In this document: positions 41,500 to 55,282 of the stretch, piece after piece | How the letters are laid out: every line of letters begins with the position of its first letter | Position numbering within the stretch: the stretch's first letter is position 1 | NCBI RefSeq assembly: GCF_006345805.1 | Contig: NC_042998.1 | Span: 147,746,001 to 147,810,000, forward strand | Origin: Octopus sinensis | Taxonomy: Eukaryota | Reading direction: 5' to 3' | Length of the DNA stretch: 64,000 nucleotides | Translations under genes and position numbers: made by a program | Notes under the pieces: generated by a model | The model's database searches: none | Told to the model about the DNA's origin: nothing | What the model saw: the letters and a program-made list of their open reading frames with translations, nothing else

Positions 41500-42845
41500 T
41501 CAGGAGAGACCATGGGTGAACCCAACAGTAGTGGGTATAGATATTTAGGGATTTGGGAGCTGGATGATATTTTACACAGAGAAATAAAAGTCAAGGCCAG
41601 TGAAGCATATCAAAAAAGGTGAAGATGGTGTTGAAATCCAACCTGAATGCCAAAATTCTGATTACTGCAATGAGTATCTGGACAGTTGTGGTGGTCAGAT
41701 ATAGTGCGTCCATCCTCAAATGGACTAAGGAGAAAGTATCAACACTTGATAGAGGAATGAGAAAGTTGATGACGCTGCACAAACATAAACAGACTGTATA
41801 TGAAAAGAATGAATGGTGGCAGAGGACTAATTAGTATAGACCATTGTATAAGGAGTGAAAGGGGAATGCTTGCCAAATATTTAATAGATAGTGATGAGGA
41901 CCTGCTGCAATATACCACAAAAGATATGGGTGTAAATGCAGATGAAATGATGGACAAAGAAGAGCTGAGGAGAAGAGAAAGAAGACCTTCTTGAAATGAG
42001 AATGCATGAACACTTTGAAAGGAATACACAGGACGTTAAGGATAATACAGCATCATGGGCATGATTTGAGCGAGGTGATTTGAAGCATACCACCGAAAGC
42101 CAAATCATTGCTACACAAGACCAGGCTCTTGCTACCAAGTCAGTGAAGTATAATGTCTATAAAACTTCTGACACCCAGAAATGCAGACTCTGTGGAAAGA
42201 GTGTGGAAAATGTGACCCATTTGGTAAATCGATGTGAGAGCCTTGCACAAAAAGAATGCAAGTGACACCATGATAAAGTGTGTATATGTTCATTGGCTTT
42301 TATGCTATAAATACCCATATGAAGTAACAGAGAACTGATATGAGTATGTATCAAATAAAGTTATGCAGGAGGACAGAAAAGTAATGATACTCTGGGACTA
42401 TGATTTTCAGATGGATCATGTAATCGAACACCATTGGTCAGATATTGTCATATTGAATAACAGACACAAATATTTTCAGATCGTTGATGTAGCCATACCA
42501 AATGACATAAATGTTGTGAGTAAAGAGGTCAAAATATTACCAAGTACTCCGAATTGAAAGTGGAAATTGCATGACTATGGAATGCAAGAGGGTAATGTAA
42601 AATTGATACCAGTGGTGATCGGAGTGTTGGGCTCAATCCTATTGAAATTTCAAGACGTCTTAAGGCAACTGGAAATCCCATGCAAGATTGATGTCTTACA
42701 AAAAGCAGCCTTATTGGACACAATGCACATCTTAAGGAAAGTATTATCTTTCTGAGGTCCTTGTTGTGACTTGACAGATGACTAAAGACTCCAACGCTTT
42801 TTTACCTACACTGTGTTACGAAGGAATAAAAAAAAAAAAATAATA
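41500..42845 (+). pseudogene. R4/Dong-like non-LTR retrotransposon 3' part (RT end, CCHC motif, restriction-like endonuclease)
   Basis: YRYLGI, GGRGLISI, ESQIIATQDQALAT, CRLCGKSVENVTHLVNRC, ILWDYDFQMDHVIEHHWSDIV..IVDVAIPND (decayed PD..D-x-K RLE) and KLIPVVIGVLG..LQKAALL..LRKVL. A/TAA-rich tail. Confidence 0.85.
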
Positions 42846-42864
42846 ACTACAAATTCATGAATCC

Positions 42865-43671
42865 TATTTTAACAGATATATTTACCAAAATTACAAAAAT
42901 ATATCTTGAAATACTAAAGTGTAAAATTATTCAAGAAAATCGTCATTGGCTTCAACCACGGCTGTCAGATGACTTTAGAATCTCCTGCAACTCTTCTGGA
43001 CGGTCCCTTTGTTTAAGTTGGTGAATGCTGCCATAAGCTTTGCCTTCAGTTGATCTTTGGTGTTACAAGGAGTCTTGTTGGTCTCTTGCTCAACACATGA
43101 TAATCAAGGGTTTTGTAGGCTGGAGAGTCAGGTGGCCAGATGTTAGGGATGATGTGGTCACAGAAATTGTCTGACAGCCATGACTGGGTTCTTCTGCTTG
43201 TGCGGCATGATGCAGAGTCTTGTAGCCAGACATAGGGTCTTCCAGCAGCCACTCTCTTGACCCAGGGCAGCGCCACCTTCTCCAGGCACTTGATGTAGGT
43301 CTCCGTGTTGAGGCCGTGTGGGAAGATGAATGGAGACATAACGTCACCATCACTAGTGATCACTCCACGCACCATATTGTTGACTGGGTGTTTGATTTTT
43401 ATCATTCTTTTTACATGTCCTCAGATTGCACTGTCCTCAGATTGACACCCAAACACTGAAATGTTCGTATTGGAGCTTCTGGCGCAAATGCCAAGCAGTA
43501 CAGCATGTCATTTCCAAATTTCTGGCAGAGTTAATAGTGTCATGGTACTGTTTTTCTCACAGACTGTGCCCAACTGATCCTACTATACTATGTGGTTAAA
43601 ATCAGAAACAAACAATGTTCATGCATGAAATTAAAAATATAAAATGGTGACAATATACTCATCACACCCAG
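42865..43671 (-). mobile_element. Second copy of the maT/DD37D-like deleted element
   Basis: ORF 43046-43405 closely parallels ORF 26690-27136. One TIR is at 43645-43671; the other end is missing next to the R4-like tail. Confidence 0.85.
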
Positions 43672-43683
43672 TAAATATATATG

Positions 43684-43719
<36 letters not shown>

Positions 43720-43723
<4 letters not shown>

Positions 43724-44600
43724 GTGGTATCAAAGAATTCCTGGACTAGTTACGTTTGATAAAAAATATTTTATTTACCAAGTTTTAACATCATCTTCTT
43801 CAAAATAGTAACCTTGTGTAGCAATACACTGGTCCCAGCATTGCAGACACTTTTAGCATCCAGCCTAGAAGTCATTTTGTGTAAGCAAGTCAAGGACCTA
43901 CTGTGATTCGCCCTTGATCTTAACAATGGTGTTAAAACAGTGATCTTTGAGCTGCATTTTCATCTTGGGGAAGAGATGGAAATCTGCAGGTGCTGAATCT
44001 GGTGAATAGAGCAAGAGTGGAAGTGATACCATGTTGATTTTGGTGAGAAACTCATGAGTGAGGAGAGCTTGATGACAGGGTGCATTGTCTTCGTGAAGAA
44101 TCCAGATGTTAAGATTGCCTGCACGGACCCATATGACAGACCAACAACATCAGCAATGTTGTTGATTGTCCTCTAAAGATTCTCATGCACAAGCTGATGA
44201 ATTTTCCTCACATTTCCAGGGGTAATGTTTGAGGCAGGTCTTCCAGATCACTCATCATCTTCCTGGGATGTTCTTTCATTTCTGAAGCACCCATGCCACT
44301 TGAAACATTGCATATGACCCATTGCCTCATCATCATAAGCTTACCGAAGCATGCTCAATGTCTCTGTAGCAGACTTCCCAAGTTTACTGCAAATTGTCAT
44401 GTTGGCTCTTTGTTCCAACTTCCAGTCTGTGACAAAAATCACAGACTACAACATATGTGAGATAACTAAAACACAAATTTCAGAACTTGCGAAGTAATGT
44501 CACTTGGCACTGCTTCATGAAGGTCACTCCTAGCTCTCACTGCACATGCAACCATGTGCTGCCATCTGTTGGTGTGCTACAGAACTAGTTTGTGAACTTA
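43720..44600 (-). mobile_element. Degenerate mariner element
   Basis: Terminus GAGGTGGTATCAAAGAATTCCTGGACTAG after (TA)n. Minus-strand remnant ENVRKIHQLVHEN..TINNIADVVGLSYGS (mariner second HTH region). Confidence 0.6.
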
Positions 44601-44754
44601 TATACATCATCATTGTTTAACATCTGACTTCTATGTGTAGGACGGTTGACAGGAGCTGGTCAGGCTACTGTGTCTGTTTTAACAGGGTTTTTATGGCTGG
44701 ATGCCCTTCCTAAATCTAACCACTCCACAGAGTGGACTCAGTGTTTTACATATA

Positions 44755-44812
<58 letters not shown>

Positions 44813-45689
44813 CAACATCTTCATCATCATTGTTTAACGTCCACTTTCAAAGCTGGCATGGGTTGGTTGGTTTGACAGATCTGGCCAGTCAGAAGACTGC
44901 ACCAGACTGCTGTGTCTGTTTTGGCACTATTTTTATGGTTGGCTGCCCTTCCTAACACCAGCCACTCTGCAGAGTGGACCAAGTGTGTTTTACGTGGTAC
45001 CAGCACTGGCAGGGTAAGCAAGTGAGAAAGGAGGAGACATTGGAGGAGGTTATCTTGTGTCAGCTGATGAAAGGTTAGAGCGTGACTTAAAGACAGAAAC
45101 AGGTGTCTTACTGTAGAGGAGGTACATGGTTACCTGTCAGAGAGAGGGGGGAGACGGAGGGAGGGAGAGAGAGAGAGAGAGAATAAGGACAGAAACAGGT
45201 TTACTGCTGCAAAGGAGATATATGGTTACCCAACCAGAAGGAAGAGCAAGAGAAAGAGAGATAGTGGAAGACAGCAAGAATGCGAGAGACAGCAGGAGAG
45301 AAATGGGGAAGTGCCAAGGCATACTCACAAGGAACAGGGATCAGAATATAAATGGGATGGTTGAGTAAAGGAAGAGTGAGAGAGATTGTGGCAAGTACCA
45401 CAGCATACCCTCAAGGGATCATAACAAAAGTGGCAGAGTATTGCTAAAGAAGCACTCATGTGTTCATAAGTCTGAAAAAAGTATGCTCTAAAAAGCTTTT
45501 TAGAGCGGTCAACAACAACATAAAATAATGTGTGTGTGTGTATGTGTGTGTATGAAATTTGAAAAATTTAGTGACAATTTTCAAATTTTGTATATAGATA
45601 AAATAATAATAATGGAATTATTGTATACATTGCTCAGGTGCACCACAACTTGTCAAAAGTGCACATAAAGCATATGCAGTAATGTACGA

Positions 45690-46175
45690 ATGTCTAGAAA
45701 GTGAACAGTGTATGAGTCAGATATATGCTTGCATGTGTATGGAGGGGAGAAAATCAGGTGTAGCATTGGCGAATCTCAAGAAGCATGGAAGTTTATGAAA
45801 GATGCAGTGCTCCGACAACCAACAACTGATGCTGGTAGTTTGTTCCATGCTTCAGCAACTCTTAGCGTGAAAAAATGCTTCCGAAAGTCATGGGAGCTAT
45901 GCTGTTTTCTGACTTTGAAAACATGTCCATGGGTGTTAGACAGATGGAGTTTGAAAAGGTGCTCAGAGTTATTATTTGTAAGATGGTTAATAATTTTATG
46001 GGTGTTTGCCAAGTCAGCTGCCAGATGTTGGAGTTTCAATGTATCCATGCCCAGGGAAGTAAAGCGTTCAGAATATGGCAAATTCCTGATGGAGGGTATT
46101 CTCTTGGTTGCACGTCGCTGAACAGCTTCCAGAGGATTAATATCCTGGGCAAGATAAGGGTTCCAGACCGGTGAT
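45690..46175 (-). mobile_element. CR1-clade LINE 3' end
   Basis: ORF 45776-46081: PYSERFTSLGMDTL..DL..THKII..LF..THGHVFKV..RKHFFTLRVAEAWNKLP.SVV, the typical CR1 C-terminus. Confidence 0.85.
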
Positions 46176-46639
46176 GCAAATTTCAGGTGAAGTCACACCA
46201 TAGCTATATAAAGCCACACTGAATCTGATTTTATAATTCACTTCTTCCAAAAACATTTTAGAAAAATGTTACAAAGGTTTAAAGTTTGATCATTTTTACC
46301 CAATCAGAAAACAGGATTTAGAAGCTGGCATTTTATGCCTGATGGCTACCTATGACATTATGATGACAAACTTGTAAAAAGTTTTGTAGCTTTAATAAGT
46401 TTTAATGAATAAAGTCATGTGAAATGTTGAAACAGGCATATAAACAATATAAAAAAAGAAAAATCCTTAATGAATTCTGTTTCCTTTTTTTTCAAAAAAA
46501 TTACAATACAAACTGTATGTTAAATTACTAAAAATCAAATTCAGTGCTGTAAGAATAGCCCCCCCCCCCCCCAATCACTGAAAATTGTGGTTCCTGAAAA
46601 AACTGATTGACATATGTATTCCTCTAGTGTGTTGTGATT

Positions 46640-47130
46640 TCAACATGGCACCACATAAAGAAAAACATATATCTGATCTTGCAACACACTCCTCTGAACA
46701 CCTACTGTTCTGGTAGCACGCTTCTGAAGTGGGTTGCAGAGTAGGTCCTCTGCGTGTATTTCACAAACATAAGTGTTGTAATCAACAACAGTGCAGTGGC
46801 TCATCCCCAGTTCTTAAACAAAAAACTGGACTGGAGTCAATTCCATGACCCATGAGTAAAGCAAAAAAAGCAGTACAGTCTTAAGAGGAAGAGTGTCACC
46901 TTCCAACCATGTATCTTTTCTAACAGACACACACTTGTTGCATCCTTTTCTGGAGCACATCCAGTAAATTTTCCCATAAAGCATCTTCTTGTAGTATCTT
47001 TTTGTACACAATTTTCTTTTAGGGATAACACCCTTCTCTTTCAAGTAAGAACATGCATCTTCCTCAATTTTCAATTCCTCCATCATATTCGAAAAGTTAA
47101 ACGAGTTGGCTGTGGTCATACTCTAATTTA
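46640..47130 (-). pseudogene. Merlin (IS1016/ISXO2-like) transposase N-terminal remnant
   Basis: ACSYLKEKGVIP..C..M..YWMCSRKGCNKCVSVRKDTWLEG..LPLKTVLLF..W, followed by ELGMSHCTVVDYNTY.CEI, which decays before the catalytic DES motif. Confidence 0.7.
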
Positions 47131-48203
47131 GGTTGAAAGGGTCCAGAAAAATACACAGTTCAAAATTATGATACCAGGCTTCCTCAAAAACCTCACCCTG
47201 GCCTGTACATACATGCCCAGATGTATGACTAACAGAGGACTCAAGGGTTGACTCTGCTTTTTACTTCACCAACTTAATAAAATAAATGCCAGTCATCCAA
47301 TGGCATTGATTTAATCAAGTACATCTTAAAACTTTGTGATTTTATACTGATATAACTCTTCAGTTTACATTTCTGATGTTTTTCAACATTTGGTTTAGCA
47401 TGTCATATATGAATTAATTAATTCCACATAAGAGAGTAGTTTTTGCTTTGCTGTAAAGTGATATTTTCTTCGGGTATGGCAAGATCAAAAGTTCTTCAGT
47501 TTCTTCATACTCTTTCCAAAGTTACATGCTTCAGTACCAAAATATCTTATTAACCTTTCAAGATAGAATCTTTGATGCTACTGCCATATCTTCTGAAGTG
47601 GAAAAGATGGAGCTTATTTTTGTTACAAGAGACAAATAAAATAACGGTGTCATTATTTATGATTCTGTAAAGTATATTGGAAACTCAATAAACATAAAAA
47701 TTTACATGTTTTTGATGATATTGGTAATTCCATTCCTGTAGAATATAAAATAACAGGTTGAGTGATATATTGGCAAGATCATCTAAGGATTAAGATCAAA
47801 TGAAGGATGCTAGAGAGTAATTTCCTTTAACTTATTCTTAGATAAATCTTTCAAAAAATGATCAATGCTTCAAAAAAAACTGTGTCACAAATCTGTTCAA
47901 GTTTTGTCCTTTGATTTTGAAGAATATTTTTCCATACATTTAGATTCTTTACTTAACTTTACCAATGATTTCAATAAAATTTATTGAAGCTGCTGTTTCC
48001 ATCTTGAAGTAATATTAATCATCATAGATATTTGTTTCAATAATATAGAAACATTTAATCTCAACACTGATCATGTTATAATATTTTGTTGGCATTTGTA
48101 GATTATCAATAAACTATCAGTTTAAATAGAATCCTTCAGAGTATTGAACCCCTTTGACACTAATTCTCCTGAGACCACCCTGATTCTATGCTACAACCTT
48201 ACT

Positions 48204-48586
48204 GTTTTAATCCTTTAGCACTAAAACTAGCCATATGAACTCCAAATATTCTTCCTGTCTTATGTTCGAATCAACCAGATCCAGCCTCTCACACTTAGCC
48301 TACAATGTCATTCAAAAAATAAGCCATCACTTCATCAAAATCTCAAAGCTATGAGATAATGCATGATTAACTTAGAACAATACAAATAAATATTACATTT
48401 CACAGAGTAATCATCATCATCATCATCATCATTTAGCGTCCGTTTTCCATGCTAGCATGGGTTGGACGGTTCTACTGGGGTCTGAACCATCCAACCCATG
48501 CTAGCATGGAAAACGGACACTAAACGATGATGATGATGATTACTCTGTGAAATGTAATATTTATCTGAATACTAAATAGTTAAAGT
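48204..48586 (+). mobile_element. TTAA-flanked MITE interrupted by an inverted SINE-tail hairpin
   Basis: Termini TTAATCCTTTAGCA and TGAATACTAAATAGTTAA. The same family occurs in reverse orientation at 63402-63622. Confidence 0.65.
48386..48564. repeat. 179-bp near-perfect hairpin (about 82-bp arms)
   Basis: MITE flank ATAAATATTACATTTCACAGAGTAAT plus (ATC)n plus SINE tail, followed by an almost exact reverse complement after a short loop (TTCTACTGGGGTCTGAA). Confidence 0.9.
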
Positions 48587-48648
48587 GATTCAAATTAAAA
48601 CTTTCTATTAAAATGTCATGTTAATTTATGTCCCAAACACCAGCTTAA

Positions 48649-48860
48649 CGATAGTCTAAAATTTTGGCACAAGGTCAGAAATTTCAGGAAAGGGATGAAG
48701 TCAATTACATCAACCCCGGTGCTGTACTTATTTTATAGGCCCTGAAAGGATGAAAGGCAAAGCCAAAGTTAGCAGAATTTGAACTCAGAACATAAAGACA
48801 GAAAAAATGCTACTAAGTATTTTGTGCAGCATGCTAACAATTCTGTCTGTTTGCTGCCTT
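48649..48860 (-). mobile_element. tRNA-derived SINE with 13-bp TSD
   Basis: The TSD AACACCAGCTTAA is at 48636-48648 and 48861-48873. The body is homologous to the 11018 family. Confidence 0.75.
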
Positions 48861-51762
48861 AACACCAGCTTAATAATGAGAGTTATTTGACTAAAGTCAT
48901 TTTTGTTTTAAAAATTAATTGAAGTAATGTCAGTGTATTTCAGCAGAAATATGATAATGAAAGGGTTAATCCATTCAAAAGGAAAGCATTTGCTTCAAAA
49001 GAATCAATTAAACGTTTTACTTTTTTACTAGTTTTTCTCATTGGATTGTGGCCATGCTGGGGCACCATCTTGAAAAAGCTCCCTCAACTGAGTGGGGGTA
49101 TTTTTAGGTGAGGAGGAGGTGGCTTTACACCTGTACTTGAGAAATCAAAGTATTATAGGGGACAAGCACAGGTGTCTTTCTACCGAGGTGAGACATGGCT
49201 ACCCTGCATTATAAAAGGGTGAAAGGGAATAACGGAATAGACAGAGGTAGTCGTGACAAAGTTCCACAGAGAACTTTCAGGATACAAAAAGGTGAGTTCA
49301 AGAGAGCACACAGACAGTGGATTGGGTTGAGGGGAGGAGGGAGTACTTTTAGATAAAATTGTGAGAGGAGAGTAAGAGTTGGTTAGAGATGGGGTAGAGG
49401 GAAATGTAGTGAGTGATGAACAAGGGTAGAGTTGTGGTTGATGGGAAATACTAGTAAGGAGGAGGGGGTAAGGTGAGATGAATAGAAGTGGCTCAGGAAG
49501 GAAAACAAATCAGAAAGTAGGGGTATGACATGCAAGGTGACATACAGTGACAGAGATGGAGGTCAGAGGTATATTAGGGTAGCTATAGTGAGTAATGGTG
49601 GGTGGGGGTATCGAGGATGACTATGAGAAGGCAAAAAGAATGAGAGCCAGTATAGTAAAGCATCACAGATCTATGATGTAACTCAGGGGAGAGAAAGAGA
49701 TAACTGAAGCAGGTGATTGAGAAGAATATTACACTAAGGAGAAAATTTCAAATAAAATATTTAGAAAATATTAGCTTTTGTTAAAACTCAATAAAACTAA
49801 TTTTATTACATGTTACTACTTTATTCATTACTTGTTATTTCTATTAAAAATAAAAATAACTCAAAATATTTTTTGCACGTTAAAAAAATTCATTTTTTTA
49901 ATTATTAATTAATAATTAGAAATTTGAAAATAGATTATAAAAAATAATAGTAGTTCATAGTTAGTTTGTACAATAAACAGAATAATACAAAAATGAGTTA
50001 TATATTGCAGTAAAATCTACCTATAACAACAAATTCATAGTAAAATTTGCTTGAGTTATTGCCTAAGTTATTGCCAAGTCATCACATTTTTAGTCTTGAC
50101 CCAATGCCTATTTTTTACATAATTAATTTGCCTACCATATATACTATTCTACTATGCATAAAACTTGAGCTATATTGGTACTTCTGGCTCTCATTTTTTA
50201 AGTATTCTAGTATGTTAATATTTTAACAAAATGATGGTACCTTTTTTAATTATAATGTTATTTTGTAAATTAAAATCAAATAATTCTTAATATTCAAATT
50301 TTATCCTTAGTTGCATTATTCTAAGGATAAAATTTCTTGTTCTGTACTTTACCAGATGTAATAAGTTGTTCTGAACTTTTCAAGTGTAATAACTTGTCCT
50401 GTTATTTTCCAGGTTTATCATCTTAAGAATGTTATTTCTTTTGCTCGCATTTTTCCATGTTTTTTCCAGGCTACACTATTATACTAATTAATAATGTGTC
50501 AAATGTGTCAATTATCAGTTTTGTTGATAATTTCTTCCTTACCTCAGTGACACCAATGAATTATATAATAAAAGTACCCTTATAAAACTATATTCATAAA
50601 AAAGTATAGATCTATATTATCAACCTCAAATTTGGGAAACAAACACTCATAACTTTTTCTTTTAAAACTTCATTGCATGAGATTGATACCATGAAATTCC
50701 TATCATCTAAGCTTAATTAAATAGTTTGATATTAAAATAAACAAGTTAATTATACTTGAATCCAATTTTTTGCCTTACTTATATTTTTTTCATGATATTT
50801 TACCTCACAACGTTTTTGTTATAAATTTTTGTTTGAAGCTAAGATAAATACATTTTGCTTTTAAAATAAAAAATTTATTTAGATCTAAACTTGGTGGTGT
50901 TGGTTGAGAACTGAATTAGTGACAAGCTCTGAAAGATGCCACATGTGAGTAAATTGTGACCTTAAGAATATTATTCAACTACTACTGTAGTTGAATGATA
51001 CACACACATATTCTTTTATCCTTTTCTACTTTTACTTGTTTCAGTCATTTGACTGTGGCCATGCTAGACTAGAGCACCACCTTAAAGGGCTTTTTACTTG
51101 AAGAAACTGATCCCAGGACTTATTCTTTATAAGCCTAGTACTTATTCTATTGATCTCTTTTGCTGAATCACTAAGTTATGGGGGGTGTAAACACACCAAC
51201 ATCTGTTGTCAAATATATATATATATATATATATGAGAGGCTTCTGTCAGTTCCTGTCTATCAAATCCACTCACAAAGTTTTGGTTGGCCCGAGGCTTTA
51301 ATAAAAGGTGCCACACAGTATGAATGAACATGGAACCAACTGGTTAGAAAGCAAGCTCCTTACCATACAGCCATGTGCCATCAAATTTTTTCCATCTTCT
51401 AGGGATATTCATAGAGTTTTCTAGGCTGTTTTCACAACTATCTCACATTTAAAATTTACTTTATTTCCAGTAAAATACCAACCCACTCAACACTTCTAAG
51501 CTTCTTTATAAAAAATGTTCTCCCATTCCAAAAAGTTATTATTTAGCCTTATAATAGATGGTAACTGTTGTCTGGGTTCATGTAACTTAATAGTACTCAG
51601 CCAATGTCTGAGAGGTACAGGGCTTGATTCTCTGTAGTTGCCTTCTGGCAACTTTTTTCCATCTTCTTGGGGTATTTATCAAATTTTCAAGGCTGTTTTC
51701 ACAGCTGTCCTGTGTTTGAAATTTACTTTATTTTCCATAAAATATATATTTACATATATACA

Positions 51763-51860
<98 letters not shown>

Positions 51861-51882
51861 TGTATATATATATATATATATA

Positions 51883-53694
51883 CTAGCTGCATTACCCAGT
51901 AATACCTGGAAAAACAGGGATTATTTCCAGTTCCTATTCCCATTATACAGTTTCATGTCCTATCCCATCCCCTGTTTAGTTTCTGTTTAAATTACAAATA
52001 GATTTACAAATACTGGCAAGTAATACACATGAATCATACAAGTGATTGATTGTAATGGTAAGGTAATATCAAAGTTGAATTGGTGGATGGTTGGAAGGAT
52101 GAGAGGATTGATGATGTGCGACTATGAAACAATTGATTGATAGTTGATTATTATCAATTTTGCAGAGCCTCTTGATATACTACATTTTGGTCTTGCCCTC
52201 TGGAGCATAAGTAAACAAATGATTTGGATTACTGACTCTTGAGCAATGCACATACTGTTGGCCATGGGAAGAAACAAGTTCTGCAAGGTTTAAGCCTACC
52301 ACCTCCAAGGACTGTCCCTGAGTCTTGTTTATTGTCATTACAAAACTCAGTTTTACAGGAAATTTCAGTTGTTTGAACTCAAATGGCATGTCAGGAGGAA
52401 TCAGCAGAATTCGTGGTATGAAGACAACCCCACCACTTGCTTTACCAGTGAGAATGGTCGCCTCTTAAACTTTTGGCATCATCATGTTGATTGTAAGTCA
52501 TGCACCATTGCAAAGCTTGGCTAAGTCCAGTTTCTTAAAAGCATCACTGGTGTCTCAATCATGAGGTGCAGGTTGTGAGGTGGGAGGCATGTGTTAAGTA
52601 ATAGGTAAAGATTAAAGAACAAAGTATTAAAATTTGCTCTTCCCTTCAGTAAACACATTCTCTATTTCCTGCTCTGTCCCTGTCTCTCATTCTCTCTGTC
52701 TGACTCTCACATTCCCTGTCTCTCTGTCTCTTCTTGTCCTCTCTCCCTCCCTGATACTGGGGTTCAAAGTTTAATCAATTTTACCTAATCAGAAAACAGG
52801 ATTTGGAAGATGGCATTTTCTGCATGATAGCTGTCGATCACAAAATGAAATGAAGAATTATTATTAAACAAAGCATTACGACAACCAAAGTTGTCTTCTG
52901 AAGTTTTAATAAGTTTTAATGAATAAAGTCATGGGAAATGGTCAAACAAACATGTATATAATTAAAAAAGGAAAAAGAACATCAAGGAAATTTTTTTATG
53001 AAAAATTACGCAAATCTGTCCTGATCAAGAGGCCTATCTGTCGTGGAAGACATGGTCTGACATGGAATAAGCCAAAATTTATATCAGACATTCTATTGTA
53101 AAAATTGCCTGACAACGATGGGCTATTCATCTATGGGAGAAAATGAAAGACAATATATATAGTGTTATTGTTTCAGTACATTGGTAAAGTTTTAATAAAT
53201 CTTAATATGGTGATTTGAAAGCGAATATAAAAATACATTACCTTTCCCGTATTAGTTTAACCTCTGTTGTTAGACATATTGTAAAAGTTTTTACTGAGAT
53301 ATGATAGTTAATTCAATAAAGCATATACGTTAAGTGATAGGTAAAAATGAAAGAACAAAATATTAAAATTCACTCTTTCCTTCAGTAAACACATTCTCTC
53401 TCTCCTGCTCTGTCCCTGTCTCTCATTGTCTCAGACTCTTCCTGTGTCCTCCCCTTCCCTGATATCAGCCACCCTCATTATGTCACCACATTTCCCCAAC
53501 CTGACAGTTTTTGCACCCTTCTCATTTTATCATATAATAGCCCAACCCCCATAGGAGGCGCATTATTGATTTTATTGAAATCCAATTAGCCTATAATTGA
53601 ACATGTATGCAAACTTTGGTGAAGATTGGTTTGCTGGTATAAGCACCAAGATGGTAACAGATAGACAGACAGAAATTGCCATTTATATATAAGA
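51883..53694 (-). mobile_element. Internally deleted Helitron with both termini and a Pif1-type helicase C-terminal remnant
   Basis: 5' A|TCTTATATATAAATGGC at 53694 and 3' hairpin plus CTAG|T at 51883. ORF 52180-52389 reads FPVKLSFVMTINKTQGQSL..HGQQYVHCSRV, with LCNGA..EATILTG..VFIPRI upstream. Confidence 0.85.
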
Positions 53695-53757
53695 TACATA
53701 TATATACACGTAGATACACACACACACACACTTATATATGCATACACACACACACAC

Positions 53758-53811
<54 letters not shown>

Positions 53812-53815
<4 letters not shown>

Positions 53816-54090
53816 CATCGCCTGGCCCCGTGCCGGTGACACGTAAAAGCACCATCCGTTCGTGGCCGTTCGCCAGCTCTGTCTGGCACCTGTGCAGGTG
53901 GCACGTAAAAAACATTCACTACACTCGCGGAGTGGTTGGCGTTAGGAAGGGCATCCAGCTGTAGAAACACTGCCAGATCTGACTGGGCCTGACGAAGCCT
54001 TCCAGCTTCACAGACCCCAGTTGACCCGTCCAACCCATGCCAGCATGGAAATCGGACGCTAAACGATGATGATGATGATGATGATGATGA
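53812..54090 (+). mobile_element. SINE with (GAT)n tail, same family as 6655-7066
   Basis: Close match to the reverse complement of the 6655 copy. Confidence 0.8.
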
Positions 54091-54122
<32 letters not shown>

Positions 54123-54574
54123 AGTGGAGGTGCGTGGTTTAGTGGTTAGGTTGTTGGGCCCATAATCTTAAGATTGTGGTTTCAAATCCTGGACAAGGCA
54201 ATGTGTTATGTTCTTGAGCAAAACACTTCATTTCACATTACTCCAGTTCACTCAGCTAGCAAAAGTGAGAAATTCTGTGACGCACCAGTGTCCTGCCCGG
54301 GTGGAGACTGGGAAACCAGCCCTCATAAGTTGGTATGACTCGTAAAGGTTATTTTTACCTTTACTTTATATATATATATATATATATACTAAGCAATAAG
54401 GGTTTAGCAACGAATTGCCTTACCACATACCGAATTTAGAAATAGCAGTCAAAGGGTTATAGCTATTTCTTCTACTAAAAAGGGAGATCTCAGTAAAAAC
54501 AGCAACTGGAAGGCTGACACAAACAGGTAAGAGAGAATGAATTAACTGCAATCTATCAAACATTTTTAAAGTTA

Positions 54575-54681
54575 TCTACGGACGTACGTTTCGAAATCAA
54601 GTTTTTAGGAAAGCATAAGAATTAAATATTAAATATTAAATAATTCTATCTTACCGAAACTTCTTTTCTCTTCAGCGTAGA
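54575..54681 (-). ncRNA. Type I hammerhead ribozyme, family C, copy 1
   Basis: Reverse complement of the 55855-55961 motif, with an intact core. Confidence 0.88.
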
Positions 54682-55175
54682 ATACTATAATCATAAATGA
54701 TTATATATTGAATTTTGAGATACTAGGAGGCACCAACTCAACTCAGTATCAGAGCGAGCTAGAATCCGCAACTAGTATCACCGAATTCAAATTTGTGAAT
54801 GAAACGATTGTGTCAACAGCCCCTTCCCACCCGCGTGTAGCCAAAACAAGATGCTGTGGTCATCCACTGAGATAAAATATGGTTATCCGTAATAATGAAG
54901 GGTGAAATTAATTAATTTGGAATAATTATCAATTACACCAAGTAGTCTTCGGCATGTAAAAGCCTCATTCGAGGAAAATTTAAGTAATACTAAGCAATAA
55001 GGGTTTAGCAACGAATTGCCTTACCACATACCGAATTTAGAAATAGCAGTCAAAGGGTTATAGCTATTTCTTCTACTAAAAAGGGAGATCTCAGTAAAAA
55101 CAGCAACTGGAAGGCTGACACAAACAGGTAAGAGAGAATGAATTAACTGCAATCTATCAAACATTTTTAAAGTTA

Positions 55176-55282
55176 TCTACGGACGTACGTTTCGAAATCA
55201 AGTTTTTAGGAAAGCATAAGAATTAAATATTAAATATTAAATAATTCTATCTTACCGAAACTTCTTTTCTCTTCAGCGTAGA
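55176..55282 (-). ncRNA. Type I hammerhead ribozyme, family C, copy 2
   Basis: Reverse complement of the 55855-55961 motif, with an intact core. Confidence 0.88.

Noticed and set aside
47330-48130. Possible very old LINE or endonuclease remnant
   Set aside because: Too decayed for any motif to be identified reliably.
49080-49720. Purine-rich G/A tracts (also near 11930-12300, 19130-19480, 25130-25490 and 45000-45420)
   Set aside because: They recur next to the same SINE/LINE-tail family and look like low-complexity repeat bodies; no specific function can be supported.
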